64,000 bases of DNA, taken from assembly GCF_009914755.1 (NCBI RefSeq), contig NC_060928.1, one strand, 5' to 3'. Under the pieces are notes generated by a model that was not told where the DNA came from, searched no databases, and was given only the letters and a program-made list of their open reading frames with translations. This stretch comes from the human T2T-CHM13v2.0 reference genome, Homo sapiens. This document shows, one piece after another, positions 26,021 through 50,187 of this stretch (the first letter of the stretch is position 1; each line of letters opens with the position of its first letter). The translations under genes were made by a program, and so were the position numbers.

Positions 26021-27030
26021 CACATGCATTTATACTCTTTCTAAGCTTTTGGCATTTGGGTTTGGAAATCTAATTTATTTAGGAGTCTTCTTCAACACCT
26101 TCTAGTGATGAGATTTCTTTAATCCAATTTTCAGTTTCCTTTCTTTAAAATTATAATGAGATGTGATGTGTGTTGAAGAAACCCCAGAAGTGAGAAACTC
26201 TCATCACTACAATGGTGACGTAGACAGTGATTAACTGTTCCCAGTTGCCTCTAAGTCCATTGTGCTATACTGCTGGAATCAGGAATCATGCATGATCTTT
26301 CTGCTGAGAATTGATAGGTCCAGCTTGTTCTACATCCAAATAATAATTCAACACATGATTTGTGAGCACCTACTGGGCACTGTGCCAAGTGTGGAAGATA
26401 CAACCTTCAGTAACTCAAGTTTCCCTTCAGGAACTGACAGCTTAATTGGGAAACAAATTAAGAAGGCAACTGCATTATGGAGTGTCAAGTGGATGATAGT
26501 AGTAAGCAAAGGGTGTTATAAGAGTACATAAGAGGGGTACCTAACTCAGACTTGGGGTTCTGGAAAGGTTTTCCAGAGCAAGCAATGAGACCTAAAGGAT
26601 GAGTAGACAAGTCACGGGAGAAGTAAGAACATTTTAAGCAGAGAAAGCAGCATGAGCAATGGTCTGATATCAAGAAAGAGAGAGATAGTGCAAGAGTACA
26701 CAATGTAGTAGTTTTCAAAACTGTTTGAAATTTTAATCTCACATTTGTTCTTTTCAATGTCTAGGATATCAATTCATTCTGCCGTTTACCTTTGTAAACA
26801 TGAATTTAGCCCTGTTTCTCTATATGAATACTAGTGGAAGTATATTGATAAAAGAAAAAGAACAAATATGTAGTCATTTCTAAGATTTATTTTTATTAAA
26901 ATGTAACACTCACAAACTGTAAGTGTATAACTCATATATATATATACACACACATATACACACACACACATACATGAGTATATGTGTGAAACTGTCACTC
27001 AAATCAAGACATAGAACATTTCAGATGTAT

Positions 27031-29283
27031 TCCAGAGATCATGGTGGATGGGAGGCAGGACTGGATTGCAGCTCCCACTTGAACAGACAAAGCAGCGTGT
27101 GGAGGCTTGTATCATGAACTTTGACTGCAGGAATAAATCAGGAAAGCTGAGAGAACCCACAGACCCTCAGAAGGAAGCGGATTGCTCCTGCAGGTCTCAG
27201 GAGACACCCCAAATGCTGTGGGAGCCCAAACTGCAAACTGTGGAAGTGGGAAAGGGGAATAGTCAGCTCCTGAACACACATCCTCACTGGGGAACCTAAA
27301 GGTCTAGATCACAGGAGAAGATTTTGACCTTACTTGGAGCTGAGTCAATTTAGAGAGCCAAGTGACATACACTGCTAGAGAAAGCAGCGCGAAAAGCCCT
27401 GTGGGCTCACAGGGTTCCCTAGCTATCCATTTCTGCCTTGCCTCTCAGGGGTCCTTGAGGAGGGCTACCAGAGGCACTGGGAAATGGTCACAAAGAGAAG
27501 GAAACTTCCAGCTGAACTTTGTAACAATTTGAACAGATTGAGAAGTCTCCTGGCCAGAACCTGGGGGAGGGCATGAATCCAGTGTGCAGACTCCACAGGT
27601 GGGGAAGTACCAAAGCCCTACTTGCTTTTGCAGCTGGGAGGCTGGTAGCCTGGGGCAAATTCTCAGCCCTGCTCACCCACTGCCTTGAAACAGACTCAGT
27701 GCTGTTGTAGGGGCTATGGTGGGAGTGAGACCAGCCCTTCGGGTTATGTGGGAGCTGGGTGAGGCCTGTGACTTCAACTTCCCTGACAACCTGCATGGGA
27801 TAAAAATCAGGGATAAAAATCACTACAGCTCTGCCCTCAGGAAGCCACATCCCTGGGAAAAGTGGGAGAGTACTACATCAAGGGAACACCCCGTGGGACA
27901 AAAGAATCTGAACAACAGCCTTGAGCCCTAGACTTTCCCTCTGACAGAGCCTACCCAAAGGAGAAGGAACCAGAAAGCCAACTCTGGTAATATGACAAAA
28001 CAAGGTTTTTTAACACCCCCCCAAAATCTCACTAGCTCACCAGCAATGGATCCAAATGAAGAAGAAATCCCTGATTTACGTGGAAAAGAATTCAGAAGGT
28101 TAGTTATTAAGCTAATCAAGGAGGTACCAAAAAAGGCAAAGCCCAATTTAAGGAAGTGAAAAAAAAAAGATAAAATGATACAAGAAATGAGGGGAGAAAT
28201 TTTCAATTAAATAGATAGCATAAATAACAATCAAAACTTCAGGAAAAAATGGGTGCACTTATAGAAATGCAAAATGCTCTGGAAAGTCTCAGCAATAGAT
28301 TCCAACAAGCAAAAGAAAGAACTTCAGAGCTCGAAGACGAGGTTTTCAAATTAACCCAAACCAACAAAGACAAAGAAAAAAGAATAAGAAAATACAAGCA
28401 AAGCCTGCAAGAAATCTGGGATTATGTTAAACAACCAAACTAAGAATTATCAGCCTTCTTGAGGAAGAAGAGAAATCTAAGTTTGGAAAACATATTTTGG
28501 GGAATAATCAAGGAAAACTTCCCGGCCTTGCTAGAGACCTAGACATCCAAATACAAGTTCAAAGAACACCTGGGAAATACATTGCAAAAAGTCATTGCCT
28601 AGGCATATTGTCATCAGGTTATCTAAAGTTAAGATGAGGGAAAGAATCTTAAGAGCTGTGAGGTAAAAGGATGACTTAACCTATAAAGGAAAACCTATCA
28701 GATTAACAGCAGATTTCTCAGCAGAAACTCTATAGACTAGAAGGGATTTTGGCCCTGTCTTCAGCCTCCTTAAACAAAATAATTATCAGCCAAGAATTTG
28801 TATCCACCGAAACTAAGCTTCATAAATGGAGGAAAGATACAGTCTTTTTCAGACAAACAAATGCTGAGAGAATTTGGCACTACCAAGCCAGCACTACAGG
28901 AACTGCTAAAAGGAGCTATAAATGTTGAAAGAAATTCTGGAACAACATTAAAACAGAGCCTCTTTAAAGAGTAAATATTACAGGACCTATACAACACCAA
29001 CAACAAACAAACAACAACAACTAAAAAACAAGGTATACAGGCAAGAAATAGCACAATGAATGGAATGGTACCTCATATCTCGATACTAACATTGAATATA
29101 AATGGCCTAAATGCTCCACTTAAAAGATACAGAATTAAAGAATGGATAAGAATTCATAAAGCAACTATCTGCTCCCTCCATGAGACTCAACTGACACATA
29201 AGGACTCACATAAACTTAAGGTAAAGGGGTAGAAAGAGACATTCAACGCAAATGCAACCAGAAGCAAGCAGGAGTAGCTTTTC
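27031..29283 (+). mobile_element. L1PB-type 5' portion (5'UTR, broken ORF1, start of ORF2), truncated at a younger L1
   Basis: L1PB-like 5'UTR (catggtggatgggaggcaggactggattgcagctccc); ORF1 remnant 28249..28443; ORF2 endonuclease start near 29055. Confidence 0.85.
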
Positions 29284-35424
<6,141 letters not shown>

Positions 35425-36265
35425 AATCCTACACTTTCTACAAGGCTGAATGGATGCACTTTCTCTTTTAGATCATGTTCCTTCTTAAAAGTGTATTTTT
35501 GAGTGTACATACTTTGATAGCCCAGCTTTGCCATTCAGGCACAGACTATTCCATCTAATAATAAGATAAAATTGATATTTCTGTGCAGATACTGGATATT
35601 TTTGCTGACTTTTGCAAATTAGCTTTTTTCTTTTGCCCTGCTAACTTCACGTATTACTTCTAGTAGTTGTTTTTTGTATTTTCTATAATTGTTATGTAAG
35701 CAATCATATAATCTGAAAATAGAGACAGTTTTACTTCTTTCTTTCTTATTTTTATGAACTTACATATTCTTTTTTCAAGGTAGCCTTTGATATTTTACAT
35801 CTTTGAGGCGGGATGTAGAGATGCACTTTCACCTATTAGTTTTAGAATCAGGTTGTTAATTTCCACCAAAAGAATGTCCTGGAATTGCATTAAATCCTTA
35901 AATCTTTTGGGGAGGAATTGAAACCTTAACAGTATTGCATTTTCCAATCCATGAACACAGTATCTGACTCTATTTGTTTGGTTCTCTTTAGTTTCTCTCA
36001 TCAATGTTTGGTAATTATTTATGCAGAAGTCTTCCTCATTATTTATTAGATTTATGCTATTGTATGTGGCTTGTTTACTTTAAATTTTCAATTGTTTATT
36101 TTTATATAGAAATACAATATTTTCATTTTGATTTTATATCAAGTTATCTTTCTAAAATTCACATTAATTCTAATAGTTTTATGTATTATTTTGTATATTC
36201 AATGTACATAATCCTATTAGTCTGTAAATAATGCTAGGTTTACGTTATATGTATGTGCATGCACA

Positions 36266-36296
36266 CAAACACAAACACACACACACACACACACAC
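36266..36296. repeat. (CA)n microsatellite
   Basis: caaacacaaacacacacacacacacacacac. Confidence 0.9.
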
Positions 36297-36711
36297 TTGC
36301 TTGTTTTGCACTGTCTAGAACCTCCAGTAATAAGTTTAATAAAGTGATAGTAGTAGACACATTTTGTCAAATAAGACAGTTGTATTTCTAGTTATGAGAA
36401 ACTTTATCATGAAATGTTGTTAAATTTTATCAAGTGCTTTTCCTGCAGCTATTGCAATTATCATATCATTTTCCTCTTTTTATCAATAAATTTTATTATT
36501 TACATAAATCTATTTTTGTTTTTTATTTTTTTCTGGAAAAGATTAAGATGAGGTATTTTTGAATTTTAAAGTGACATTTCGTTCTAGAGTAAAGCCAATT
36601 TAGACATAAGGTATGTTTTTATATACAGTCAGACTCAATATCCATATATTCTAAAGACTTATAAATTTACATGTATAAGAGCTAATGCCCTGTTATTTCT
36701 CTCTCTCTCTT

Positions 36712-37020
36712 TTATTTTATTTTTATTTTTTTATTTTGAGACGGAGTCTCACTCTGTCACCCAGGCTGGAGTGCAATGGCACGATCTCTGCTCACTGCAA
36801 GCTCTGCCACTGGGTTCACGCCATTCTCCCGCCTCAGGTTCCTGAGTAACTAGGACTACAGACTCCCGTCATCACGCCTGGCTAATTTTGTTTTTGTGTT
36901 TTTAGTAGAGACGGGGTTTCACCGTGTTAGCCAGGATAGTCTCCATCTCCTGACCTCATGATCCACCCTCCTTGGCCTCCCAAAATGCTGGATTACAGGT
37001 GTGAGCCACCGCGCCCGGAC
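36712..37020 (-). mobile_element. AluY with TSD TATTTCTCT
   Basis: Full dimer, AluY diagnostics. Confidence 0.92.
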
Positions 37021-37133
37021 TATTTCTCTTTTTTACACTCTCTTTTCAGGTTTTGTTAGCAAGCTTTTACTGTATTCATAAATAGAAAGCTTTTTCAATA
37101 ATCTGAGTTTGTGTAAGATTAAGATTAATTATT

Positions 37134-37237
37134 TCTTTTTTTTAAGTTTTTTTTCTTTTATTATTATACTTTAAGTTTTAGGGTACATGTGCACATTGTG
37201 CAGGTTAGTTACATATGTATACATGTGCCATGCTGGT
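37134..37237 (-). mobile_element. Very short young L1 3' end (L1HS/L1PA2-like)
   Basis: ttattatactttaagttttagggtacatgtgcacattgtgcaggttagttacatatgtatacatgtgccatgctggt. Confidence 0.85.
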
Positions 37238-37386
37238 TAAATGTTGAAAAACTTTAAAATAAAACAATCCAGGCCTGAAGTTGTCTTTGTAAGAAATGTT
37301 TTAATTTCTTTAAATTATGGATTCAACTGGATTTCACAGATACAACTTCTTTATCAAAGTACAATTCAGTTTATCTATTTCTTTTT

Positions 37387-39439
<2,053 letters not shown>

Positions 39440-39921
39440 ATCTATTTCTTTTTTAAAAAAAACTTTTATTTTAGGTTCAGGGGTACGTGTACAGGTTTGT
39501 TATGTCACACCGTCACAGGGGTTTGCTGTACAGAGTATTTTGCCACACAGTTACTAAGCCCAGTACCCAATAGTTATCTTTTTCTGCTCCTCTCCTCCTG
39601 CCACCCTCCACCCACAAGGAGACCCCAACGTGTGTTGTTCCCTCTTCATGTTCATGAGTTCTCATGATTTAACTCCCACTTTTAAGTCAGAACATGTGGT
39701 ATTTGTTTTTCTGTTCCTGCATTAGTTTGCTAAGGATAATGGCCTCCAGCTACATCCATGTCCCTGCAAAGGATGTGATCTTGTTCTTTTTTATGGCTGA
39801 ATAGTATTCCATGGTGTATATGGAATTTTCTTTATCCAATCCAACATCAATGAGTATTAGGTTGATTCCATGTCTTTGCTATTGTGAATAGTGCGGCAAT
39901 GAACATACATTTGCATGCATC

Positions 39922-40229
<308 letters not shown>

Positions 40230-40394
40230 ATGTGCATGCATCTTCACGGTAGAATGATTTATATTCCTCTGGGTATGTACCCAGTAATAGGATTGCTGGG
40301 TTGAATGGTAGTTCTTTTTATATTTCTTTGAAGAATCACCACACTGCCTTCCACAATGGTTGAACTAATTTACATTCCCACCAACAGTGTATAA

Positions 40395-40749
<355 letters not shown>

Positions 40750-43298
40750 GACTTTTTAATTATAGCCATTCTGACTGATATGAGATGGCATTTCATTGTG
40801 GTTTTTATTTGCATTTCTCTAATAATCAATGATGTTCAGCTTTCTTTTCATGTGCTTGTTGGCCACATGTATGTTTCCTTTTGAAGAGTGTCTGGTCATG
40901 TTCTTTGCCCACTTGTTAATGGGGTTACGTGTATTTTTCTTGTAAATTTGTTTAAGTTTCTTATAGATACTAGATATTAGACCTTTGTCAGATGCAGAGT
41001 TTGCAAAATTTTCTTCCATTCTGTAGGTTTTCTGTTCCTTATGTTGATAGTGTCTTTTGCTGTGAAGAAGCTCTTTAGTGTAATTAGATCCCATTTGTCA
41101 ATGTTTGCATTTGTTGCAATTGCTTTTGGCATGAAATCTTTGCCTGTTCGTATGTTCAGAATGGTATTGCCTAGGTTTTCTTCCAGGGTTTTTATAGTTT
41201 TGGGTTTAACATTTAAGTCTTTAATGCATCTTGAGTTGATTTTTACATGTGGTTTAAGGAAGGGGTCTAGTTTTAATCTTCGGCATACGGCTAGCCAGTT
41301 ATCCCAGCACCATTTATTGAATAGGGTGTCCTTTTCCCATTGCTCGTTTTTGTCAGCTTAGTCAAAGATCAGATGTTTGTGGGTGTACAGCCTTATTTCT
41401 GTGTTCCAGTGGTCTATACATTTGTTTTTGTACCAGTACCATGCTGTTCTTTTCTGTTCCATTGGTCTATACATTTGTTTTGTACCAGTACTATCTTCCC
41501 TTTTCTGTTCCATTGGTCTATACATTTGTTTTTGTACCAGTACCATGCTGTTTTGATTACTGTTGCCCTGTAGTATAGTTTGAAGTCAGGTAGCATGATG
41601 CCTCCAGCTTTGTTCATTTTGCTTAGGATTGCCTTGACTATTTGGGCTCTTTTTTAGTTTCATATGAATTTCAAATTTTTTTTTTTTTTTTTTTTTTTTA
41701 GTTCTGGAAGAATGTCACTGGCTTTTTGATAGGAATAGCACTGAATCTGTACATTGCTTTAGACAGAATGGGCATTTTAATAATATTAATTATTTCTATC
41801 CATGAACATGTAACGTTTTTTCCATTTGTTTGTGTCATCTCTGATTCCTTTGAGCAGTGTTTTGTAATTCTCATTATAGAGATCTTTCATGTCCATGGTT
41901 ACCTGTATTTCTAGGTATTTTATTCTTTTTGTGGCAACTGTGAATGAAATTGCATTTCTGATTTGGCTCTTAGCTGGGCTGTTATTGGTATAAAGGAATG
42001 CTAGTGATTTTTGTACATTGATTTTGTATTCTGAAAATTTGCTAAAGTTGTTTATCAGATCTAGGAGCTTTTCAGCCAAGACTATGGAATATTCTAAATA
42101 TAGAGTCACATCATCTGCAAACGGAGAAGTTTGATTTCCTATCTTCCTATTTGGATGAACTTTATTTCTTTCTCTTGCGTAGTTACTCTGGCTAGGACTT
42201 CCAATGCTATATCGAATAGGAGTGGTAAGAGTGGGTATACTTATGTTGTGCCGGTTTTCAAGGGGAATGCTTCCAGCTTTTAGTCATTCATTACGATGTT
42301 GGCTGTGGTTTTGTCATAGATGGCTCTTATTATTTTTAGGTATATTTCTTCAATATCTAGTATATTGAGAGTTTTTAACATGAAGGGGTGTTGAATTTTA
42401 TTTAATATCACAAGGCTTTTTTTGTATCTATTGAGATAATCATGATTTTTGTCTTTAGTTCTGTTATGAATAGCATTTATTGATTTGCATATGTTGAATG
42501 AACTTTGCATCCCAGAGATAAAGCCTAGTTAATTGTGATGGATTAACTTTTTAATGTGCTCCTGTATTCGGTTTGTAAGTATTTTGTTGAGGATAATTAC
42601 ATCAATGTTCCTCAATGATACTGGCCTAAAGTTTTCATATTGTGTGGTGTCTCTGCCAGGTTTTAGTATCAGGATGATGCTGGCCTTGTAGAGTTAGTTG
42701 GGGAAGTGTTCTTCCTCCTCAATATTTTGGAGTAGTTTCAGTAGAAATGGAACCAACTCTTCTTTGCACATCTGGTAAAATTAGGCTGGTCTGGGCTTTT
42801 TGTTTGTTTGTTTGGAAGGCTATTACTGATTCAATTTTAAAGCTTGTTATTGGTCTGTTCAGGGAATCAGTTACTACCTGGTTGAGTCTTGGGAGGGTGT
42901 ATATGTCCAGGAGTTCACCCACATCTTTTAGGTTTTCTAGTTTGTGCGCATATAAGTGTTCATAATAGTCTCTGATGATTGTTTGTATTTCTTTGGGGTC
43001 AGTGATTATATCCCCCTTATCATTTCTGATTGTGTTTATTTGAATCTTTCTCTTTTCTTCTTTATTAGTCTAACTAGCAATCTATTATATTAATTTTTTC
43101 ATAGAACAAGCTCCTGGATTCATTGATCTTTTAACTTTTTTTGTGTATCTCTATCTCCTTCAGTTCTGCTGTGATTTAGGTTACTTCTTGTCTTCTGCTA
43201 GCTTTGAGGCTGGTTTGGTTTTGGTTCTCTAGTTCTTTTAGTTGTGATGTTAGGTTGTTAATTTGAGATCTTTCTAACTTTTTGGTATGGGCGTTTAG

Positions 43299-43620
<322 letters not shown>

Positions 43621-46600
43621 ATAAACTTCCCTCTTAATGCTGTCTTACCTATCTTTCAGAGATTCTAGTATGTTGCATCTTTATTCTCATTTCTTTCAAA
43701 GAACTTCTTGATCTCTGCTTTAATTTTATTATTCACCTAAAAGTCGTTCAGGAGCAGGTTGTTTAATTTCCATGTAATGGCATAGTTTTGAGTGATTTTT
43801 TAGTTTTGACATCTATTATTGCATTGTGATCTGAGAGTGTGTTTGGTATGATTTTGGTTCTTTTGCAATAGCCGAGAATTGATTGTGTGGTCAATTTTAG
43901 AGTTTGTCCCATATGGTGATTAGAAGAAAGTCTATGTGTTGTTTTGGGGTGGAGAGTTGTGTAGAGGTGTATCAGATCCACTTGATCCAATGTTGAGTTT
44001 AGGTCCTGAATATCTTTGTTAATTTTCTGCCTCAATAATCTGTCTGTGGAATACTGAGGTCTCCCATTACTATTGTGAGGGAGTCTAAGTCTCTTTATAG
44101 GTCTCTAAGAACTTGCTTTATGAATCTGGGTGCTCCTCTATTGGGTGCATGCATATTGATTAATTGACCCCTTTACCATTATGTAATGCCCTTCTTTGTC
44201 TATTTTGATCTTTGTTGGTTTAAAGTCTGTTTTGTCAGAAACTAGGATTGCAATCTCCACTTTTTTCTGTTTGTTTTCCATTTGCGTGGTAAATTTTCTT
44301 CCATCCCTTCATTTTGAGCCTATGGGTATCACTGTGTGTGAGATGGGTCTCTTGAAGACAGCATACCATTGAGTCTTGCATTTTTATCCAGCTTGCCACT
44401 CTGTGCCTTTTAAATGGCACATTTAGCCTGTTTACATTCAAGTATTAATATGTGGATTTGATCTTGTCATCATGGTTTTAGCTGGTTATCATGCTGGCTT
44501 GTTTGTGTGTTTGCTTTATAGTGTCACTGCTCAGTGTACTTCAGTGTGTTTTTGTATTGGCTGATAATGGTTTTTCCTTCCATACTTAGTGCTCCTTTCA
44601 AGATCTCTTATTAGGTGAGTCTGGTGATAACAAACTCCCTCAGCATTTGCTTATCTGAAAAGGATCTTATCTCTCCTTCACTGAGAACGTTTAGTTTTAC
44701 TGAATATAAAATTCTTGGTTGAAGACTTTTAAAATAATGTTGAATATAGTCTCCAATGCATTCTAGCTTTTAGGGTTTCTGCTGAGAAGTTCACTGTTAA
44801 CCGGATGGAGTTTCATTTGTAGTGACCTGTCCTTTCTCTCTAGCTGCCTTTAACATTTTTCATTTCATTTTGACCTTGGACAATCTGATGGTTATGTATC
44901 TTGGGGATAATCTTGTATAGAATTATGCAGGGGTTTTCTGTATTTCCTGAATTTGACTGTTGGCCTCTCTAGCTAGGTTGGGGAAGTTCTCATGGATGAT
45001 ATCCTGAAATATGTTTTCCAAGTTGTTTGCTTTCTCCCTCTCCCTTTCAGAGATGCCAGTGATTCATATATTTGGCCTCTTTACATAATCCCATATTTCT
45101 CAGAGGTTGTGTTCATTCCTTTTCATTCTTTTTTCTTTATTTTTGTCTGTGTTATTTCAGAGAGCCAGTCTTCAAGTTCCAAGATCCTTTCCTCAGCTTG
45201 GTCTGTTCTGCTGTTAATACTTGTGATTGCATTGGGAAATTCTTGTAGTGTGTTTTTCAGCTCTATCAGATGTGTTAGGCTCTTTTTTATACTGGTTATT
45301 TTGTCTGTCAGCTCCTGCGTCATATTATTGTTATTCTTAGTTTCCTTGGATTGGCTTTTGCCATTCTCCTGAATCTCAATAGTCTTCATTCCTATCCATA
45401 GTCTGAATTCTACTTCTGTCATTTCAGCTAACTCAGCCTGGTTAAGAACCCTTGTTGGAGAATTAGTGTATTTGGAGGACATAAGATACTCTGGCCATTT
45501 GAGGTGCCAGAGTTCTTGTGTTGGTTCTTTCTCATCTCTGCATGTGGATGTTCCTCTAACTGCTGAGCTGCCTCTGATTAAAGTGATTAGGTGGGGGAGG
45601 GTGGTTGTGCTAGTGTCACAGGTCAGGTGGCCCTGATTAGTGAGAAGTGAGGTCTGGGACCTATGTGGAGAATAGTCTGGCCACTTTTCTGAGTTGGGTG
45701 CTCTGTGCTGGGTGGATGCAGAGCTCCTGGACTCTATGGACTTCCAGAGCCACCTGGCCACTTTTCTGTAGGGCTACTGCAGTATGCTGGGGGTCAGCTC
45801 TTGTCCCTAGTCACCTCAACTTTCAAGCATCTGTTGCCACCCTGAACACACCAGTGGACGTGGTTGTAGCCTTTCTTTGCGGGATTTTGCCCAATGAAGA
45901 GAAATGGGTTCCAGGACCCATGTGAAAAAGCAGTCTGGCTACTCCACAGAGCTGCTACATTGTGCCAAAGGACAGCTCCAGTTCTTAGTTGCCTCAGACT
46001 CCCACTTTCTTGCATGGGGGACGCTCCCCTGGCTCTGTGTTGCTCCCTGGTGGGCGGTCATTCTGCCTTGCTTTTCTCTGTTCTCCATGGGTTGAATTAT
46101 TCCTCTTGAATCCAAATGACTGTACCTGGATGTTTCAGTTGAAGGTGCTATGTTTACTTGCCCCTTCTATTTCTCTCTGTGAGAGTGGCACACACTAGCT
46201 GCTTCTAGTTGGCCATTCTGGCTAGCCTCTCCTTGTTACATTTTTAATGTTATCAAATCCCTAGTGATAGCTCATTTTTCATTCCTGACATTGGTAATTG
46301 GTATTTTCTCTCATGCTTCCTTAATAATTTTTAATATTTTTGAAGAACTAACTTTGGATTTTAATGTTTTTCTCTGTTGAGCATCTGCTTCCTATTTTAT
46401 TTATTTTTGCTTTATAGTATTTCTTTACTTTTTTCCCTCTGGGTTTAATTTGATGTGACTTTTCCTAGTTTGTTAAGATAGAAGATTACATCCTATTTTT
46501 TTCTACTTTTTTGTTTGCTAATATGAATTTAAAACTATATATTTTTCATGAACTAATATTTTAGCTGTATCTGACATGTTTTATTATATTTTCATTATAA

Positions 46601-47673
46601 TCCAGTTCAAAATATTTTATAGTTTTCTATTTTTTTCTTTGACCTATGGGTTATTTAGAAGGATGTTATTTACTTGACAATCATTTACGGATTTTCTATT
46701 TATCTCTCTGTTATTGATTTCCAATTAAATTTCATAGTTGTCAGTGAATGTGCTTTGTATTTTTTTAATTCTTCTTTGTATTTGTTGAGATACCACTTAC
46801 ACTCTAGTGTATAGTTGACTTTTCAAATATTTCATGTGCAGTTAAAAGGAATGTGTGTTTTGCAATTTGTTGGCCATAATGTTCTGTATATGTCGTTATG
46901 TCAACTTAGTTAATCATGTTTTTAACAATATTTCATCTGCTTTTTCTATCAGTTACTGAAAGAAGTGTGTTAAATATTCAGTCATGACTGAAGATTTGTT
47001 TATTTCTTTTAATTCTGCTATTTTTTCCTTTATATATTTTAAAGTATGTTATTTGCATATGCATTTAGGATTGTTATATCTTACTATTGAATTGCCCTTT
47101 TTATTTTTATGAAATTTTGCTCTTTGTCTCAACTCTTGCTTCTTGCATTAAATTCTCTTTAGTGTAATAGCTTTCTTTTGATTAATATTTTCATACAACA
47201 TCATTTTTCATTCTCTTACTCTCAACAAGTTTCTTTATAATTAAAGTGTGTCTCTTACAAACAGTATAAAGGTAGATATTTTAATTTAGTCTGGCACACT
47301 TTATCTTTTAATTGGAGTTTTTAATCTATTTACATTTAATGAATTAACTTTATAGTTGTATTTAAGTCTACCATCTTTCCTGGTTGCTTTGCATTTCTTC
47401 CTTTGTTCTTCGGTTATTTATAATTTCCTGCTTTCTTTTATATAAATCAATAATTTTGTGCTTTAGTTAAGCAGTCATGTATTTTTAAGACTGATTTATT
47501 ATAATATACCTTAAGTTGGTAGTTTTACCAGTTCCTGAATAATGCAAGAGACATACCACATATTGCCTCTTTTTTCCCTTTTGTTGTTTGCACCATTATT
47601 ATTTTTATTATTATTGCATATGTGATGCATTTTACTTTGTGTAGGGCTTGAGGGAACATGACTGTTAAATATT

Positions 47674-47945
<272 letters not shown>

Positions 47946-48292
47946 TTATTTTCCAAAGTGCTTAAAATATCATGCATGGACTGTGAAGTAAACCTGGGTT
48001 CAGACTTTTACTCTGCTTATGGCCAAAGGTACTTTTGTCAGATTACTAAATTTCTCTGAGCTTTCAACTTCCTCAACTGATTAAACATAGGGGATAAGAT
48101 CTAAGTATGGAATGATTGTGTAATTACAATAAATAACAATATTTTTACTTCTATATATTATAAATATCATAAGACATTATTAGTAGTAGTTTAAAATTCT
48201 TGTCTATTTATTCATATATTTACACTTCCTAGCTTTCTCTGTGCCCTTTCCAATCCCATGCTCCCATTTGGGATCCTTTTCTTTCAGCATGA

Positions 48293-48295
<3 letters not shown>

Positions 48296-48340
<45 letters not shown>
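48296..48340. repeat. (TG)n microsatellite, ~22 units
   Basis: Uninterrupted TG run. Confidence 0.97.
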
Positions 48341-48343
<3 letters not shown>

Positions 48344-49011
48344 TTGCATTTCTGGTAGTACTGGTAGTTCTGGCAGTACTGATGAAAAATTTGCTCAACT
48401 TATGTTTATATTTAAATGACTTTCTTTTTTTTTTTTTTCTGAGGGTATTCTAATTGTGTATAGATGTCCAGGTTTTCAGGGGCTGGTTTGTTTGACACTT
48501 AGAAGATACCATTTTTTATCTTCCGGCTTTCATAATTTTTGTTGAAATCAGTCATCGGTCTTATTGATCCTTCAGTGAAGATAATATGTTTTAGTCCTTT
48601 AATTGCTTTTAAGATTTTCTCTTTGTTTTATATTTTTGGGAGTTTGATTATGATGTATATTCTTGTCATTTTCTTTGGTATTTTCTTAGTTTCTTAAATT
48701 TTGGGTTCATATTATTTGCAGTTTTGGAAAAATCTTGATTATGATTTCAAATATTGTCTCTCTTTTCCTTCTGGGACTTCAATTTTTCATACATTAGACC
48801 TTTTAATTATTGTTGCTCACATTTTTTACATTCTTTTTTTCCTTACTGTGCTTCAGCTTGGCTACTATGTAATGACTTTTAACAATCTTATCTGCTGTGT
48901 CTAGGCTGCTGTCAAACCTGTATCATTAGTTCTTTGATGCTGATATTAAATTTTTCAGTTCAGAATACACATTTGATTTTTATAAGTTTCAATTATATTT
49001 GAAATTCTACT

Positions 49012-50187
49012 AATATTTAAATGTAAGACCTCAAACTATAAGAATCCTAGAAGAAAATTTAGGAAACATCATTCTGGACATTAGCTTTGGAAAATAGTTT
49101 ATGACTAAGTCCTGAAAAACAATTGCAAGAAAAAAATTGACCAGTGGGAACTAATTAAACCAAAGAGCTTCTGTATGGCAAAATAAACTATCAATGGAGT
49201 AAAGAGACATCCTACAGAATGAGAGAATATATTTCCAACTATGTATCTGACAAAGGTATACTATCCAGATTTGTAAGAAACTTAAACAATTGGACAAGCA
49301 AAAAACAAATAACTCCCTTAAAAATGGGTGAAAGACAGAAGCTTGTCAAAAGAAGATGTACAAGCAACCAACAAACACGTACAAAAATATTCCTTATCAG
49401 GAATCATCAGAGAAATGCAAATCAAAACCATAATGAGATATCATCTCACACCAGTCGGAATAGCTATTATTAAAAAGTCAAAAGACAACAGATGCTGGCG
49501 AGACTGCAGAGAAAAGGGAAAGCTTATACATTGTTGGTGGGAATGTAAATTATTATACTTGTGCATCAACCTAACAGTTCAGGTCCTGTGGAAAGAAGTT
49601 TGGATATTTCTCAAAGAACTTAGAACTACCATTCAATCCAGCAATCCCATTACTAGGTATATACCCAAAGGAAAATAAATCATTCTACTAAAAAGATACA
49701 TGCACTTTTATGTTCATTACAGCACTATTAGCAATAACTAAGACATGGACTCCACCTAAGTGCCCATCAATTATAGATTAAATAAATAAGATGTGATACA
49801 TATACACCATGGAATACTACACAGCCATTTAAAAATAACAAAATCATGTCTTTTGCAGCAACATGGATTCAACCAGAGGCTGTTATCTTAAGTGAACTAA
49901 TGCAGGGACAGAAAACCAAATACTACATGTTCTCACTTATAAGCAGGAGCTAAACGTTGTATATTCATGGATATAAAGATGGCAAGAACAGAAACTGGAG
50001 TCTACTAGAAGGGGGAGAAGGGAAGAGGGCAAGTGCTTAAAAACAGACTATTGAGTATTATGTTCAATACCTGGATAATGGGATGAATCATACCCCAAAT
50101 CTCAGCATCATGCAATATACCCATGTAACAAACCTGCACCTGTCCTCTCTAAATCTAAAAGTTGAAATTATTTAAAAAACAAAAAAA
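49012..50187 (+). mobile_element. 5'-truncated L1PB/L1PA16-type element, TSD GAAATTCTACT
   Basis: ORF2 C-terminal remnants (49219..49678) and 3'UTR; TSD at 49001-49011 and 50188-50198. Confidence 0.88.

Larger units (their letters stand above)
35560..37370 (-). mobile_element. Ancient L1M ORF2 remnants hosting younger insertions
   Basis: Degenerate ORF2 text (ORF 35795..36004 resembles the L1 ORF2 IKEDTNKW region). Confidence 0.65.

Noticed and set aside
23500-26044. 132-aa and 145-aa ORFs upstream of GYPA
   Set aside because: They overlap L2-like and MLT1 remnants and have no recognisable domain or exon structure.
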